NCBI GenBank assembly: GCA_965242865.1
Contig: CBDETK010000008.1
Location: 90,109-154,108 of the forward strand
Length of the DNA stretch: 64,000 nt
Origin: Candidatus Latescibacterota bacterium
GTDB lineage: Bacteria; Latescibacterota; UBA2968; UBA8231
Direction: 5' to 3'
Positions 37,204 through 47,159 of this stretch are shown piece by piece. Every line of letters begins with the position of its first letter. Positions within the stretch are counted from its first letter, which is position 1. The translations under genes were made by a program, and so were the position numbers. The notes under the pieces are model-generated. The model worked only from the letters and a program-made list of their open reading frames with translations, made no database searches and had not been told where the DNA came from.

Positions 37204-38574
37204 ATGAAACCCACAATCGCCTGCCAGGCGTTAGTCGCGTTGGCTGTCGTTGCGACCGCCTCGGTCGCGCAGGCGCAGGCAGTCAACATGAGCACCGCGA
37301 TTCAAGGCGGGATACCGAGCGGTTCCCAGTCTCCAGCCGCGGGGCGCATGCTGGACCTAACGGACCTGCAGCAGCTGGCCATGGAACACAACCCCACGCT
37401 GCCGCAGGCCCGGCTCCATGTCGAAGCGGAGCGCTCCCGCGCCAAGCAGGCCGGGCTGTGGCTCAATCCCACCGTAGGAGTCATTTCCGAGCCCTTGCCC
37501 TTCGCGCTGATCGAAGGGGAATTCACCGGGTTCACACTCGAGCAGACGGTCGTCACTGGAGGCAAGCTCGGTCTGAGCAGACAGAAGTATCACACCCGCG
37601 CCGACACGGCCCAACACTTGCTGGAAATGCAGCAGATGCGGGTGCGTACGGACGTGCGCACCAAGTACTACGAACTGCTGGCCAAGGCCATGGCGCTGGA
37701 AGCCCGCAAGGCGTTGCTTCGCAATGCGGAGGACCACCGTGCGACGGTCACGGAATTGGTCAACCTCGGCCAAGCCGACCCGGGCGACCTGAGCGAGTCG
37801 ACCGCCCGTCTGGAACTCGCCAGGCTGGATTACCAAATGACCTTGAATCACTACCGGGCGACATCGGAAGAACTGGGAGCCACGATCGGCGTCGATCTGA
37901 GCGACGCCGAGATCATCGGGCAGTTGGAAGGCGAGCTTCGTGTCATCGACTTCGACGAGGCCCTCGATCGCATCATCAACGAGAGCCCCGAACTCGCCGC
38001 CGCCCGCTCCGAAATCGAGACAGACAAGATCGAAGTGCGCCGCGAAAAGCGCGAGCTGTTCCCGAACATCTCAGTAGCTGTCGGCATCGGCCGCTCGCAT
38101 GTCGAAGGCCGTTGGTCTCAGGCCCCGACCGCTTACCGCCTCCACGCGTCTACCGAGATACCTGTGTTTGACCGCAACCACGGCACCGTCGACCAAGCGA
38201 AGCAAGAACTCTTGCGCCAGCAGAACGAGGTGCGGCGATTGGAACTCCAGCTCAGGAGAGACCTAGCCCACCACTACAAGGAGTACCTGTCTCAACTGCA
38301 GCACGTGCGCGACTACAAGGCAGTGGTGCTCCCTGAACTCAAGTCCGCCTACGAAGAGCGATTGCGCGGCTACGAGGAGGGTCGGGAAGACTGGATGCAA
38401 GTCTTGGAGACCCAGCGCGAGTACTACCACGAGCGCCTCGACTACGCCGAGCACTTGGAGCATTGGCGAGAGGCGGAAGCCGTGATCGAGGGCCTGCTGC
38501 TCCATGACGGCCTCGAGATCCCGGAGGGCGCTACGCCCGCCGGCCATATCGACGCGACGGCGAAGCCGCGCTAG
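37204..38574 (+). CDS. TolC-family outer membrane efflux protein
   Basis: Signal peptide; AMEHNPTL, QAGLWLNPT, EQTVVTGGK, IPVFDRNHG; helical repeats. Confidence 0.88.
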   Translation: MKPTIACQALVALAVVATASVAQAQAVNMSTAIQGGIPSGSQSPAAGRMLDLTDLQQLAMEHNPTLPQARLHVEAERSRAKQAGLWLNPTVGVISEPLPFALIEGEFTGFTLEQTVVTGGKLGLSRQKYHTRADTAQHLLEMQQMRVRTDVRTKYYELLAKAMALEARKALLRNAEDHRATVTELVNLGQADPGDLSESTARLELARLDYQMTLNHYRATSEELGATIGVDLSDAEIIGQLEGELRVIDFDEALDRIINESPELAAARSEIETDKIEVRREKRELFPNISVAVGIGRSHVEGRWSQAPTAYRLHASTEIPVFDRNHGTVDQAKQELLRQQNEVRRLELQLRRDLAHHYKEYLSQLQHVRDYKAVVLPELKSAYEERLRGYEEGREDWMQVLETQREYYHERLDYAEHLEHWREAEAVIEGLLLHDGLEIPEGATPAGHIDATAKPR

Positions 38575-38587
38575 GGAGGGATCGTTC

Positions 38588-40060
38588 ATGCCAGCCAAGA
38601 AGACATTTGACTCGCGAATCACAGGATCGAGCGCGGGCACCCGCCGGGAGTACCTGATGCAAGGCACGGTCGGTGCCGCCGCTGCCCTCGTTACGGCGTC
38701 CGCCGCCGCCCAGCAAGAGGCCGGCTCAGCCGAAGCGCAGACTGGCGACAGCCCCCCCGCTCCGCCGCCCTTCGATCGCTACAAGCCAGGGTCGGGAGGG
38801 CCCCCGGGCAGCGACGACTACCTAGGCAAGCTGGTACCTGGCCTGCGCGCCCCTGCCTTGGCCCCGGTGGCGATGACCGGCCCCGACCTCGTCATCAAGC
38901 CACCCCGGATCGTTGACGGAGTCAAGGAGTGGGATCTCACCGCCGAGCCCGTCAAGCAGGAATTCCTCCCGAACCGGTTCATGCAACCGTGGGGCTTCGA
39001 CGGCCGCATGCCCGGTCCGCTGCTCGAGGCCACGCAGGGCGACCGCGTCCGCTTCATCGTCAAGAACAACCTGCCCGAGGAGACCTCGTTGCACCTTCAC
39101 GGCATCGAAATGCCGGTGGCGCATGATGGCGTCCCCTACGTCCAGCAGAACCCGATTCAGCCGGGCGGGACGCATGTCTACGAGTTCGACCTCCATCAGG
39201 TCGGGACGTTCTTCTACCACCCGCATTACGCGATGCAGGAAACCATGGGCATGGTCGGATTCTTCATCGTGCATCCCAAGATCGCGTACGAGCCGACCGT
39301 CGACCGGGACTTCGCGCTTTGCTTCCAGAACTTCTTCATCCCGCCCAATTCCACGATTCCCGACACCCTGCGCATGGATTGGAACTGGCACACGATCAAC
39401 GGTCGATCCGGACCCTACACTACGCCGCTAGTGTGCAAGCACGGGGAGCGCGTGCGCATCCGGCTGCTGGGCTTCAGTCCGATGCAGCACCACCCGATCC
39501 ACCTGCACGGCCACACGTTCTGGGTGACGGGCACGGAGGGCGGCCGCATCCCGGAGTCGGCATGGATTCCGGAGAACGTCACGCTGACGGGCGTGGCGAT
39601 GGCGAAAGAGATCGAGTTCGTCGCCAACAACATCGGTGACTGGCCGTTCCATTGCCATATGACGCATCACATGATGAACCACATGGTCTCCCAGGTGGGT
39701 CCGAAGATGCGGCCCAACGAGGACGTGGACGACTACACCCGCGCCCTTGACGACCCGCCCGAGGTCCGACCGGTGCGGAACGAGCCGCCCTTCAACGTTC
39801 CGGGTTATCCGCAGGACTTGATGCACATGTACAGCGACGCGGACTTCATGGCGAAGGTCCTCGCTCGCCGGGAAGTGCGCGGCATGCGCCAGGGCTGGAA
39901 CATGGGCGTCATGGGGTTGATGACCACGTTGCGCGTGCTGCCCGAGAATGTCTACGAACTCGTCATGAACAGCGACGCGCCCGTGGACGCCGGCATCAGC
40001 GTGCCCGGGGCTCCGCCTGTGCAGATGGACATGTCCATGCCCATGAATCGTCGCGGATAG
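38588..40060 (+). CDS. Two-domain multicopper oxidase
   Basis: Tat-like TRREYL; Cu motifs HLHG, YHPH, HHPIHLHGH, HCHMTHHMMNHM; Met-rich tail. Confidence 0.92.
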   Translation: MPAKKTFDSRITGSSAGTRREYLMQGTVGAAAALVTASAAAQQEAGSAEAQTGDSPPAPPPFDRYKPGSGGPPGSDDYLGKLVPGLRAPALAPVAMTGPDLVIKPPRIVDGVKEWDLTAEPVKQEFLPNRFMQPWGFDGRMPGPLLEATQGDRVRFIVKNNLPEETSLHLHGIEMPVAHDGVPYVQQNPIQPGGTHVYEFDLHQVGTFFYHPHYAMQETMGMVGFFIVHPKIAYEPTVDRDFALCFQNFFIPPNSTIPDTLRMDWNWHTINGRSGPYTTPLVCKHGERVRIRLLGFSPMQHHPIHLHGHTFWVTGTEGGRIPESAWIPENVTLTGVAMAKEIEFVANNIGDWPFHCHMTHHMMNHMVSQVGPKMRPNEDVDDYTRALDDPPEVRPVRNEPPFNVPGYPQDLMHMYSDADFMAKVLARREVRGMRQGWNMGVMGLMTTLRVLPENVYELVMNSDAPVDAGISVPGAPPVQMDMSMPMNRRG

Positions 40061-40270
40061 CTGGTGCGGACGCGGAGAGCGGTGACGTCAGCATTGGACA
40101 GCGCCGCGCAACCGCCACAGTTGGCGGGGATGTCTCAGGGTGGTCTGATCGCTCTGCATGAACGGCCCGTTTCGAGTTTCCGGGTGACGCGAACACTGGG
40201 GGTTGGCCGAGCGGCACATACCCTCGCGAGTCCGCTCCGGCCGGCTCCGGCCCACTAGAATTCACAGAGC

Positions 40271-41599
40271 ATGACCCGCCGCACCCTCGCCGCGGCCGCG
40301 GTGTCCGCGGTCTCGTACAACCGCATCTTGGGAGCCAGCGACCGCGTCCGCCTCGGCTTCGTCGGTGTCGGGAATCGCGGCACCTCGCTGTTGCGCGCCA
40401 CCCGCGAATACGGCGATCAGGAAATCGTTGCCGTGTGCGACGTTCGTCGTGACTACATGGAGAACGCCGTGCAAGCTGCCGGCACCGCGCCCGCGATGGT
40501 CGGAGACTACCGGAACCTTCTCGGCCGGTCGGATATCGACGCTGTAGTGATCGCCACCCCTGACCACTGGCACGCCTTGATGACTGTCGACGCCTGCCTT
40601 GCCGGCAAGGACGTGTATGTCGAGAAGCCGCTCTCGCTGACCGTTCGCGAGGGTCGCCGCATGGTCGAGGTCGCCAAGCAGGCCGAGCGTGTCGTGCAGG
40701 TCGGAATCCATCGCCGCTCCGCCCCGTACTGCAGGGACGTAGCAGAGTTCGTCCGTTCCGGGGGCATCGGGCAGGTCACGGTCGCCCGTGCCGCGCGACT
40801 GGCCAACGAGTATCCGCATGGCATCGGCAATCCTCCTGACGCAGATCCGCCGCCGGACGTCGATTGGGATCTATACCTTGGACCAGCTCCGGCCGCCGCG
40901 TTCAATCCGAACCGCCTCAGCTACAACTTCCGGTGGTTCTACGACTATTCCGGCGGGCAGCTCACCGATAACGGCGTCCACTTCCTGGACATGATCCAGT
41001 GGGGGCTCGGCCGCGACGCCCCGCTGTCGGTCACCGCCTTGGGCGGAAAGTTCGCCGTTCAGGATAACCGCCAGACCGTCGACACGATGGAGGCCGTTTG
41101 GGAGTTTCCCGAGCGCACGCTTGTCACGTTTTCTGACTTCGGCTGCAACGCGGCCCCTGTCAGTGCCACGAGGCGATTCCTAGCTGAGTGGCGTGGAACC
41201 GATGGCACGGCCTACGCCTACTTCGACGGGTGGGGGGTCATTCCCGAGCACCAGTCTCCGATGCCCGACCCGGGTGGCAGCCCGCTGCCGGAGAACGAGC
41301 GACGACGGGCGGCATTTCGGGAGTCATTCCAGCCCGCCACCGACGCCAGGCGCGCGGAAGGACGGGCCGACACCCGTCGCCACGTACGCAATTTCCTCGA
41401 CTGCGTGAAGAGCCGCGCCACGCCGAACTGCGACATCGAATCGGCCCACCGCGCCACCACGACAGCGATCATCGCCAACATCGCGTTCAAGACGCGCCAG
41501 CATCTGACCTGGGACCGCGAAAACGAGCGCTTCACCAACAGCCCGGGGGCGAACGGCTTCCTGCATTACGAGTACCGCAAGCCTTGGAAGCTCGGCTGA
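40271..41599 (+). CDS. Gfo/Idh/MocA oxidoreductase, Tat-exported
   Basis: MTRRTL; GVGNRG; ATPDHWH; EKP; WFYDYSGG..DNGVH. Confidence 0.93.
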   Translation: MTRRTLAAAAVSAVSYNRILGASDRVRLGFVGVGNRGTSLLRATREYGDQEIVAVCDVRRDYMENAVQAAGTAPAMVGDYRNLLGRSDIDAVVIATPDHWHALMTVDACLAGKDVYVEKPLSLTVREGRRMVEVAKQAERVVQVGIHRRSAPYCRDVAEFVRSGGIGQVTVARAARLANEYPHGIGNPPDADPPPDVDWDLYLGPAPAAAFNPNRLSYNFRWFYDYSGGQLTDNGVHFLDMIQWGLGRDAPLSVTALGGKFAVQDNRQTVDTMEAVWEFPERTLVTFSDFGCNAAPVSATRRFLAEWRGTDGTAYAYFDGWGVIPEHQSPMPDPGGSPLPENERRRAAFRESFQPATDARRAEGRADTRRHVRNFLDCVKSRATPNCDIESAHRATTTAIIANIAFKTRQHLTWDRENERFTNSPGANGFLHYEYRKPWKLG

Positions 41600-41682
41600 G
41601 GGCCGAGGAGGGCGCAGTCGCTGCCATCGCCTGTCCAGATCGCCTTACGACAAGCAGGAATCTGGCTTAGAATCGGAGCCGT

Positions 41683-43629
41683 ATGCTCCGACGCAACTTG
41701 CTCTTGGTCCTGTTCTCAGTCCTTGCGGCCCACGCTCAGGACGCCACGCAGGCGGAGCAGTTCACGGTGGAGCATCCCACGCTCCGCAATCTCGGATTCG
41801 AGTGGTCGATTTCCGGGGACGCGAATCGCAACGCCTCGGTCAAGGTGGAATTCCGCTCGGTCGGAACCTCGGCGTGGCGCGAAGCGCTGCCCTTGGTGCG
41901 GATCGGCGGCGAGCGCGTTTTCCGGAAGCGCGAGCATTTGGAGTACACCGTCCCGGATGGCTTCGCCGGCAGCATCCTCAACGTCGAGCCGGATACGGAG
42001 TACGAGTGCAGGTTCGTTCTCAGCGACCCCGATGGCGTGACCGGCGAAGCCGAGCGCTTGGTCAAGGTGCACACGCGAGCCGAACCGCAGCCCTACGCGG
42101 GTGGCGAGATTCGACACGTCTACGCGCCGGACTACGAGGGCGAGAAGCTGGAGCCTCACTTCACCAGCCTGCTGCAGGCGTATTACGGTGCCGGGCTCGG
42201 GGACTGGAACGTCGTCTGGGAGCGTCCGGTGCAGCCCGGCGACACGATCATCGTCCATGCCGGTCTCTACCGCAACGACCGTTTGAACTACGTCGACCCG
42301 ATGATGACGCCGTTCGACGGGACGAACTGGCTAACGATCAAGGCCACGCCGGACAAGCCGATCACGATCCGAGCGGCGGGCGACGGGGAGGTGGTCTTCG
42401 ACGGCGCGGGCAACCATCGGTTGTTCGATGTGAGCGCCTCGGCACATCACATCTTCGACGGGATCACCTTCCGGAACACCGACATCGCCATCTTCGCGGG
42501 ATTCAAGGGCGTGACCGGAGCGGCGGGCCTCGCCGTCAAGAACTGTCGCTTTGAGGACATCGGGTTTGGCGTGTGGACCGAGTACGCCGGATCGAGCGAC
42601 TTCTACATCGCGGACAACGTCTTCCTCGGCCGATTCGAGCAACGCAATCTGCTCGTAGGCTGGACCGGCCCGTTGTGGCGGAGCGCCGGGCCCTACGGTT
42701 CTCACGAAGTCCGCAGCTACTACGCCGTCAAGGTCTACGGTCCCGGCCACGTCATCGCGCACAACGCCGTCGCGTACTTCCACGACGGCATCGGCATCTC
42801 GACCTACGGCACACCGGAGTCCGACCCGCACCGGCGGGCTTCGTCCATCGACATCTACAACAACGACATCCACATGTCCGGTGACGATTTCATCGAGACC
42901 GATGGCGGCGTCCACAACATCCGCGTCTTCAATAATCGCGGGGTCAACGCGGCGCACGGCGGCTACAGTTCACAGCCGGTGTTCGGCGGCCCGGCCTACT
43001 TCATACGGAACCTGCTCTACCACGTGCCTAGCGGCGTGGCATTCAAGTTCTCGGCGAAGGCCGCGGGCGTGTTCGCGTTCCACAATACGATCATCGGCGA
43101 GCAGGTCGCGGGAGACCCGACCTCGAACATGCACTACCGCAACAACCTGTTCATGGGCCGGGACACCCCGGACAGGGGCGTCATGAGATGGTCGAACGGA
43201 ACCTCGGCATACAGCTCGGACTACAACGGATACCGGCCCAACAAGGGCGTTACGGAGCAGTACCGGTGGCTCGCCCCGCAGGCTGGAGAAACGAATTACG
43301 AGCCAACGCCGGACGATTGGCGGACCTTCGACACGCTCGACACGTTCCGGGCCGCTACCGGGCAGGAACAGCACGGCGTGGAGGTCGACTTCGATGTCTT
43401 CGTGAAGATGGTGCCGCCCGACCCGTCGAAGCGCCATGCTGTGTATCACGCGGAGGACCTGGACTTCAGCCTCGCCCCGGAAGGCGCGGCTGTTGACGCT
43501 GGCGTTGTCATTCCCACGGTGAACGACGACTTCGCCGGGGACGCGCCGGATCTCGGTGCCCTTGAAGTCGGGGGTCCGCAGCCGCACTACGGCCCGCGCT
43601 GGCTGAATGGCGGGGCATTCTACCAGTAG
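41683..43629 (+). CDS. Secreted right-handed beta-helix protein (lyase/glycanase-like)
   Basis: Signal peptide; Fn3-like N-terminus; PGDTIIVHAG.Y; repeated xxxNxF strands; DDFIETDG; DLGALE. Confidence 0.8.
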   Translation: MLRRNLLLVLFSVLAAHAQDATQAEQFTVEHPTLRNLGFEWSISGDANRNASVKVEFRSVGTSAWREALPLVRIGGERVFRKREHLEYTVPDGFAGSILNVEPDTEYECRFVLSDPDGVTGEAERLVKVHTRAEPQPYAGGEIRHVYAPDYEGEKLEPHFTSLLQAYYGAGLGDWNVVWERPVQPGDTIIVHAGLYRNDRLNYVDPMMTPFDGTNWLTIKATPDKPITIRAAGDGEVVFDGAGNHRLFDVSASAHHIFDGITFRNTDIAIFAGFKGVTGAAGLAVKNCRFEDIGFGVWTEYAGSSDFYIADNVFLGRFEQRNLLVGWTGPLWRSAGPYGSHEVRSYYAVKVYGPGHVIAHNAVAYFHDGIGISTYGTPESDPHRRASSIDIYNNDIHMSGDDFIETDGGVHNIRVFNNRGVNAAHGGYSSQPVFGGPAYFIRNLLYHVPSGVAFKFSAKAAGVFAFHNTIIGEQVAGDPTSNMHYRNNLFMGRDTPDRGVMRWSNGTSAYSSDYNGYRPNKGVTEQYRWLAPQAGETNYEPTPDDWRTFDTLDTFRAATGQEQHGVEVDFDVFVKMVPPDPSKRHAVYHAEDLDFSLAPEGAAVDAGVVIPTVNDDFAGDAPDLGALEVGGPQPHYGPRWLNGGAFYQ

Positions 43630-43709
43630 GCCTTCGGCCGGACTCGGCGCACCCTCCCGTCGCAGCGCGAACGGATCTCGCGTCTCGGAACCACGTATCG
43701 TGAAGAGAC

Positions 43710-45278
43710 ATGGCTACTGCTTGGAAGTTCTACGGTCGAGAGGAGGAACTCGGTGCGCTTCTCAAGCGACTGCGGAGCCACCGATGGTTCTTCGGCTCCA
43801 TCAGCGGTCGACGGAGCATCGGCAAGACATTCCTTTTGGCACAGGCTCTTCAACTCTTGAAGCAGGAATTCCCGCCCGGTCGCCGAGCGCTCCTATTCCA
43901 ACTGCCCGATAGTACGCCCGCGGACGCTGCGAGAGTGTTCAAGCATGCAGTCGCGTTCAGCGACCTGGAGAGTGCCATCACCCAACCTGGTAGGCTCTCG
44001 AACCTGCCGGAAGTAGCGGCAGCAATCGGCGATTTGATCCAGGAAGGCGTCATTGTAGTCATCGACGAGTTTCAAGTCTGCCATCGCGGTCCGTTGCGCG
44101 GCCTGCCCTCCGTGCTGCAGTACCAGGTGGACCGGCTCCAAGACTCGGCAAACGGAGGCCTCATCGTCATGGGGTCAGCCCAGTCGAAAATGGAAGCCTT
44201 GCTGGCGGATCGGAAAGCACCGCTGTTCGGTAGGCTGACGTTCAGCCTCAATCTCGGTCCGTGGGATCTTCGCACGGTGTTCAAGGTCTGCGACCAGCAT
44301 GCCGAGGGCGACTTGGAGCGGTGCCTGACCCTCTGGACGCTCTTCGGTGGAGTGCCCAGGTACTGGGGGTTGTATTCCGGGATCGATGAGCTTCGATCAA
44401 CATCTGATCGGGTTGAGTGGGTGGAGACACTTTGCAAGACTCTTTTCTTGCAGCACGATACGCGATTGCGCGACGAGGGGGAGCTCTTGCTCCGGCAAGG
44501 ATTGAGCCGAGGGAATCTAGCAGTGCTTCGAGCCATCGCCAATGCCGATGCATGCACGCGGGCTGCGCTCAAGGAAGCGTTGCCGAGCCAAAGCGACTTG
44601 AGTCGAATCCTAGCCTGCTTGGAACGCGATCTGCGGCTCGTCACCCGTCAGGTCCCGGTGTCTGAGGTACCGGGTTCGACTAGGGCGCGCTACAGCGTTT
44701 CTGACCAATTCCTCTCAGCTTGGCTTTCGGCCGTCCTGCCCGCGTTATCGCAGGCGCGTCTCGGCGCCATGAAGGCTGCGGTTAGGAGATGCATGCTTCC
44801 GCGCCTCCAGACACTGGAGGGATTCGCATTCAAGCGGATGGTGCGCGAGGCGATCGAAGAGATGTCGCGAGCGGGTGTAGACGACTTTCCCCTAACCAAA
44901 TATGTAGGGAGCTATTGGAGCTGGACCCGAGCGGGCTCATCGCCGCTAGAGGTTGACGTGGTCGCTTGGAACGACGAGCGCAACCGTGTTCGATTCGGAT
45001 CTTGCGAGCGTCAAGCCCTGAAGCACACATCAGGCTCGCTCTTCGCTTTTCGAGCGAAAGTAAAGTACTTTCTCGAGACTTGGGAAGGGCGTCGGTTTCG
45101 AGATTGGAATCACGAATACGCAGTCTACGCTCCCCGCTTCCCGGACGAGATGCGCCAACGCTTGCATGCCGAGGGATGGATCTGCCAGGACTTGGGCGAC
45201 TTTCGTAGGTTGCTGGATCGACCGGAGCGGGGCCAGAACGGCGAGGCAGAGGGAAGTCCCAGCAATCACTCCGCCTAG
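43710..45278 (+). CDS. Archaeal-type ATPase with C-terminal PD-(D/E)XK-like (DUF234-like) domain
   Basis: FYGREEEL; GRRSIGKT; IDEFQ; PLFGR; GGVPRY; EVDVVA...FGSC. Confidence 0.85.
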   Translation: MATAWKFYGREEELGALLKRLRSHRWFFGSISGRRSIGKTFLLAQALQLLKQEFPPGRRALLFQLPDSTPADAARVFKHAVAFSDLESAITQPGRLSNLPEVAAAIGDLIQEGVIVVIDEFQVCHRGPLRGLPSVLQYQVDRLQDSANGGLIVMGSAQSKMEALLADRKAPLFGRLTFSLNLGPWDLRTVFKVCDQHAEGDLERCLTLWTLFGGVPRYWGLYSGIDELRSTSDRVEWVETLCKTLFLQHDTRLRDEGELLLRQGLSRGNLAVLRAIANADACTRAALKEALPSQSDLSRILACLERDLRLVTRQVPVSEVPGSTRARYSVSDQFLSAWLSAVLPALSQARLGAMKAAVRRCMLPRLQTLEGFAFKRMVREAIEEMSRAGVDDFPLTKYVGSYWSWTRAGSSPLEVDVVAWNDERNRVRFGSCERQALKHTSGSLFAFRAKVKYFLETWEGRRFRDWNHEYAVYAPRFPDEMRQRLHAEGWICQDLGDFRRLLDRPERGQNGEAEGSPSNHSA

Positions 45279-45361
45279 CGAATGTGGACGCAGCAAGAAT
45301 GTCCGAGGGTTCGTGGGGCCACACGTCCAGCACGAAAAAATCAACGCAAGGGGGATTTGAC

Positions 45362-45726
45362 ATGCCCGAGTTCCGGCCTATCCGCACCGAACAAGATTAT
45401 GAGAAGGCGCTGGCCCGCGTGGAGGCTCTCATGGGTGCTTCCCCGAAAGCGCGGAGGACCGCGAATTGGATGTGCTGGTCGACCTTGTGGAGGCCTACGA
45501 AGACAAGCACATTCCGATGGAGTGTCCCAGTCCAGAAGCAGCGATCAAGTTCTGCATGGACCAACGAGGCTTGGGGCCAAGGGATCTGGTGCCGTTCATC
45601 GGCAGCCCCTCCAAGGTCTCGCAGGTATTGTCCGGTAAGCGGCAGCTCACCATGTCGATGGCCTGCGCCCTCCACGAGAATCTCGGTATCGCAACGGAGT
45701 CACTGCTAGGCAGGCCAAGCGGGTAA
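45362..45726 (+). pseudogene. higA: HigA-like HTH antitoxin, frameshifted
   Basis: MPEFRPIRTEQDYEKALARVEALMGASP in one frame continues as AEDRELDVLVDLVEAYE..P.AAIKF.MDQRGL..DL..IGS.SKVSQVLSGKR.LT in another; a net 1-bp loss near 45443-45450. Confidence 0.8.
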
Positions 45727-45833
45727 TTCGGAACTCCGTCGAGCGGGGTCGACGGAGGCGGTTTCCGCTCGCGACGATGGCTAGATTTGGACAGACTCCC
45801 AGCGTATCGAATCCCAAGGAACGAGCCGAAGAA

Positions 45834-46334
45834 CTAGTCAGCGGTCTGCCAACCCTCGCGGAGCCGCTGCACGTAGCGGTCGGCTTCCTCGCCCCGCCAA
45901 AGTTCCTTGCCCAGTCCGCGCAGGCCGAGAATCGGATCCTGCGTACCTGACGGTTCCGCGCGATTGCACAGATCGTCGTACCAGTCGAGCAACGGGTGGT
46001 ACGCCTCCGGAATCTCCTGCCGTCGGGGGACGGATTTGCCAATCCGCCGACCCGGGTGGCATCGATCCATCGGCAGAAAGAGGCGCCTTCGTCCCCGACT
46101 GGTCTCAACGAGCATTCGATAGCGATGCGGACTCGGGGGCTTGGCGGCCACGCAGTGCAGCACCACGTGAGCCCGCACACCCGGGCGCAGGGACGTGCCG
46201 CCGTTGAGATTCTCGTCTGCAGCCCGTGCGACGATCTCGGCTATCGCGAAGTCTCCCCGGTCCGGGTGCTCTCGTTGCAGCAGGGCCGTGGCGATCCACA
46301 CTTCGTCGGCGATGCGAACTGTGCGATCAGGCAT
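45834..46334 (-). CDS. Conserved hypothetical protein with antitoxin-like tail
   Basis: GGAGG RBS; IADEVWIATALL..HCVA..RYRML; tail LRGLGKELW..DRYV..LREGW. Confidence 0.75.
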   Translation of the reverse strand: MPDRTVRIADEVWIATALLQREHPDRGDFAIAEIVARAADENLNGGTSLRPGVRAHVVLHCVAAKPPSPHRYRMLVETSRGRRRLFLPMDRCHPGRRIGKSVPRRQEIPEAYHPLLDWYDDLCNRAEPSGTQDPILGLRGLGKELWRGEEADRYVQRLREGWQTAD

Positions 46335-46627
46335 GAACGCTCACCTCCACGAAAGTACCCAGTTTGATGCTACACGGTAGTGCTGTTTTCTTGGAGTCAA
46401 GCTGAAATGTACGGCTCCACGGCCAGTCGGGACAGCACCGACGACATTCGCAGGTTGTGGCGGGCTCCGGTTGCGGAGCGACATAGGGCGATACCGAGTG
46501 CGTTGCCGAGGCGGACGAGCGGCTCCGCCGAGTGGCGACTCTAGCCACTTGACTCAGTTCTCCCGACGGCACGGGATTGCAGCATGGAACCATCCATGTA
46601 CGCGGATCTACGCTCCGTCTCGCTAGC

Positions 46628-46662
46628 AAAACAGCAGGGGCCGCTCTGACGAGCGGCCCCTG
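46628..46662 (-). terminator. Probable intrinsic terminator on the minus strand
   Basis: Perfect 12-bp stem CAGGGGCCGCTC-tgac-GAGCGGCCCCTG, followed on the minus strand by CTGTTTT. Confidence 0.6.
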
Positions 46663-47159
46663 ATCCGACAGCATGCTGTCGGCCGGTAACTGTCACTTAG
46701 GCTACAACATGTCCGGCGGGAATGCAAACGGGCCTCAGATTTCTTGAAGTCGTATCCGCTCACGGCATTGAACTTGCCCGAGGTCGATTCCCCTGAGACT
46801 TGATTGCACTGTCTGGTGTACCCCACGGTCCGGCGCGGTCGGAGAGTGGTTTCCGTGCTTGACCTAGCACCTCGAGTGGTCCCGACAGCCCAGCGTCGCC
46901 AATTCCCGTGCCGAGTGCGTCCCGAATGCATGCGTCGGCCGGCCGAGGCTGGTGAGATCGACTCCGCAGACAACTGTCCAGCAGGCCTGGACCCGCCCCC
47001 AGGGCCTCGATTCTGGAGTGCTACGATGGTGCCGCTCCAGCGCGAATCGACCACCCCATTCGAGAGCTTGCAGATCAAGATTGCAATTGCGCGACCAGCG
47101 TCTGCGCGGACAATAGAATACTTGCCATCCCGTCATGTCCGGTCTCGGCGGAGGGCCGC

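Noticed and set aside
46646-46652. CTGACGA, matching the hammerhead ribozyme core CUGANGA
   Set aside because: It sits in the loop and stem of a perfect hairpin, and no stem II followed by GAAA is present.
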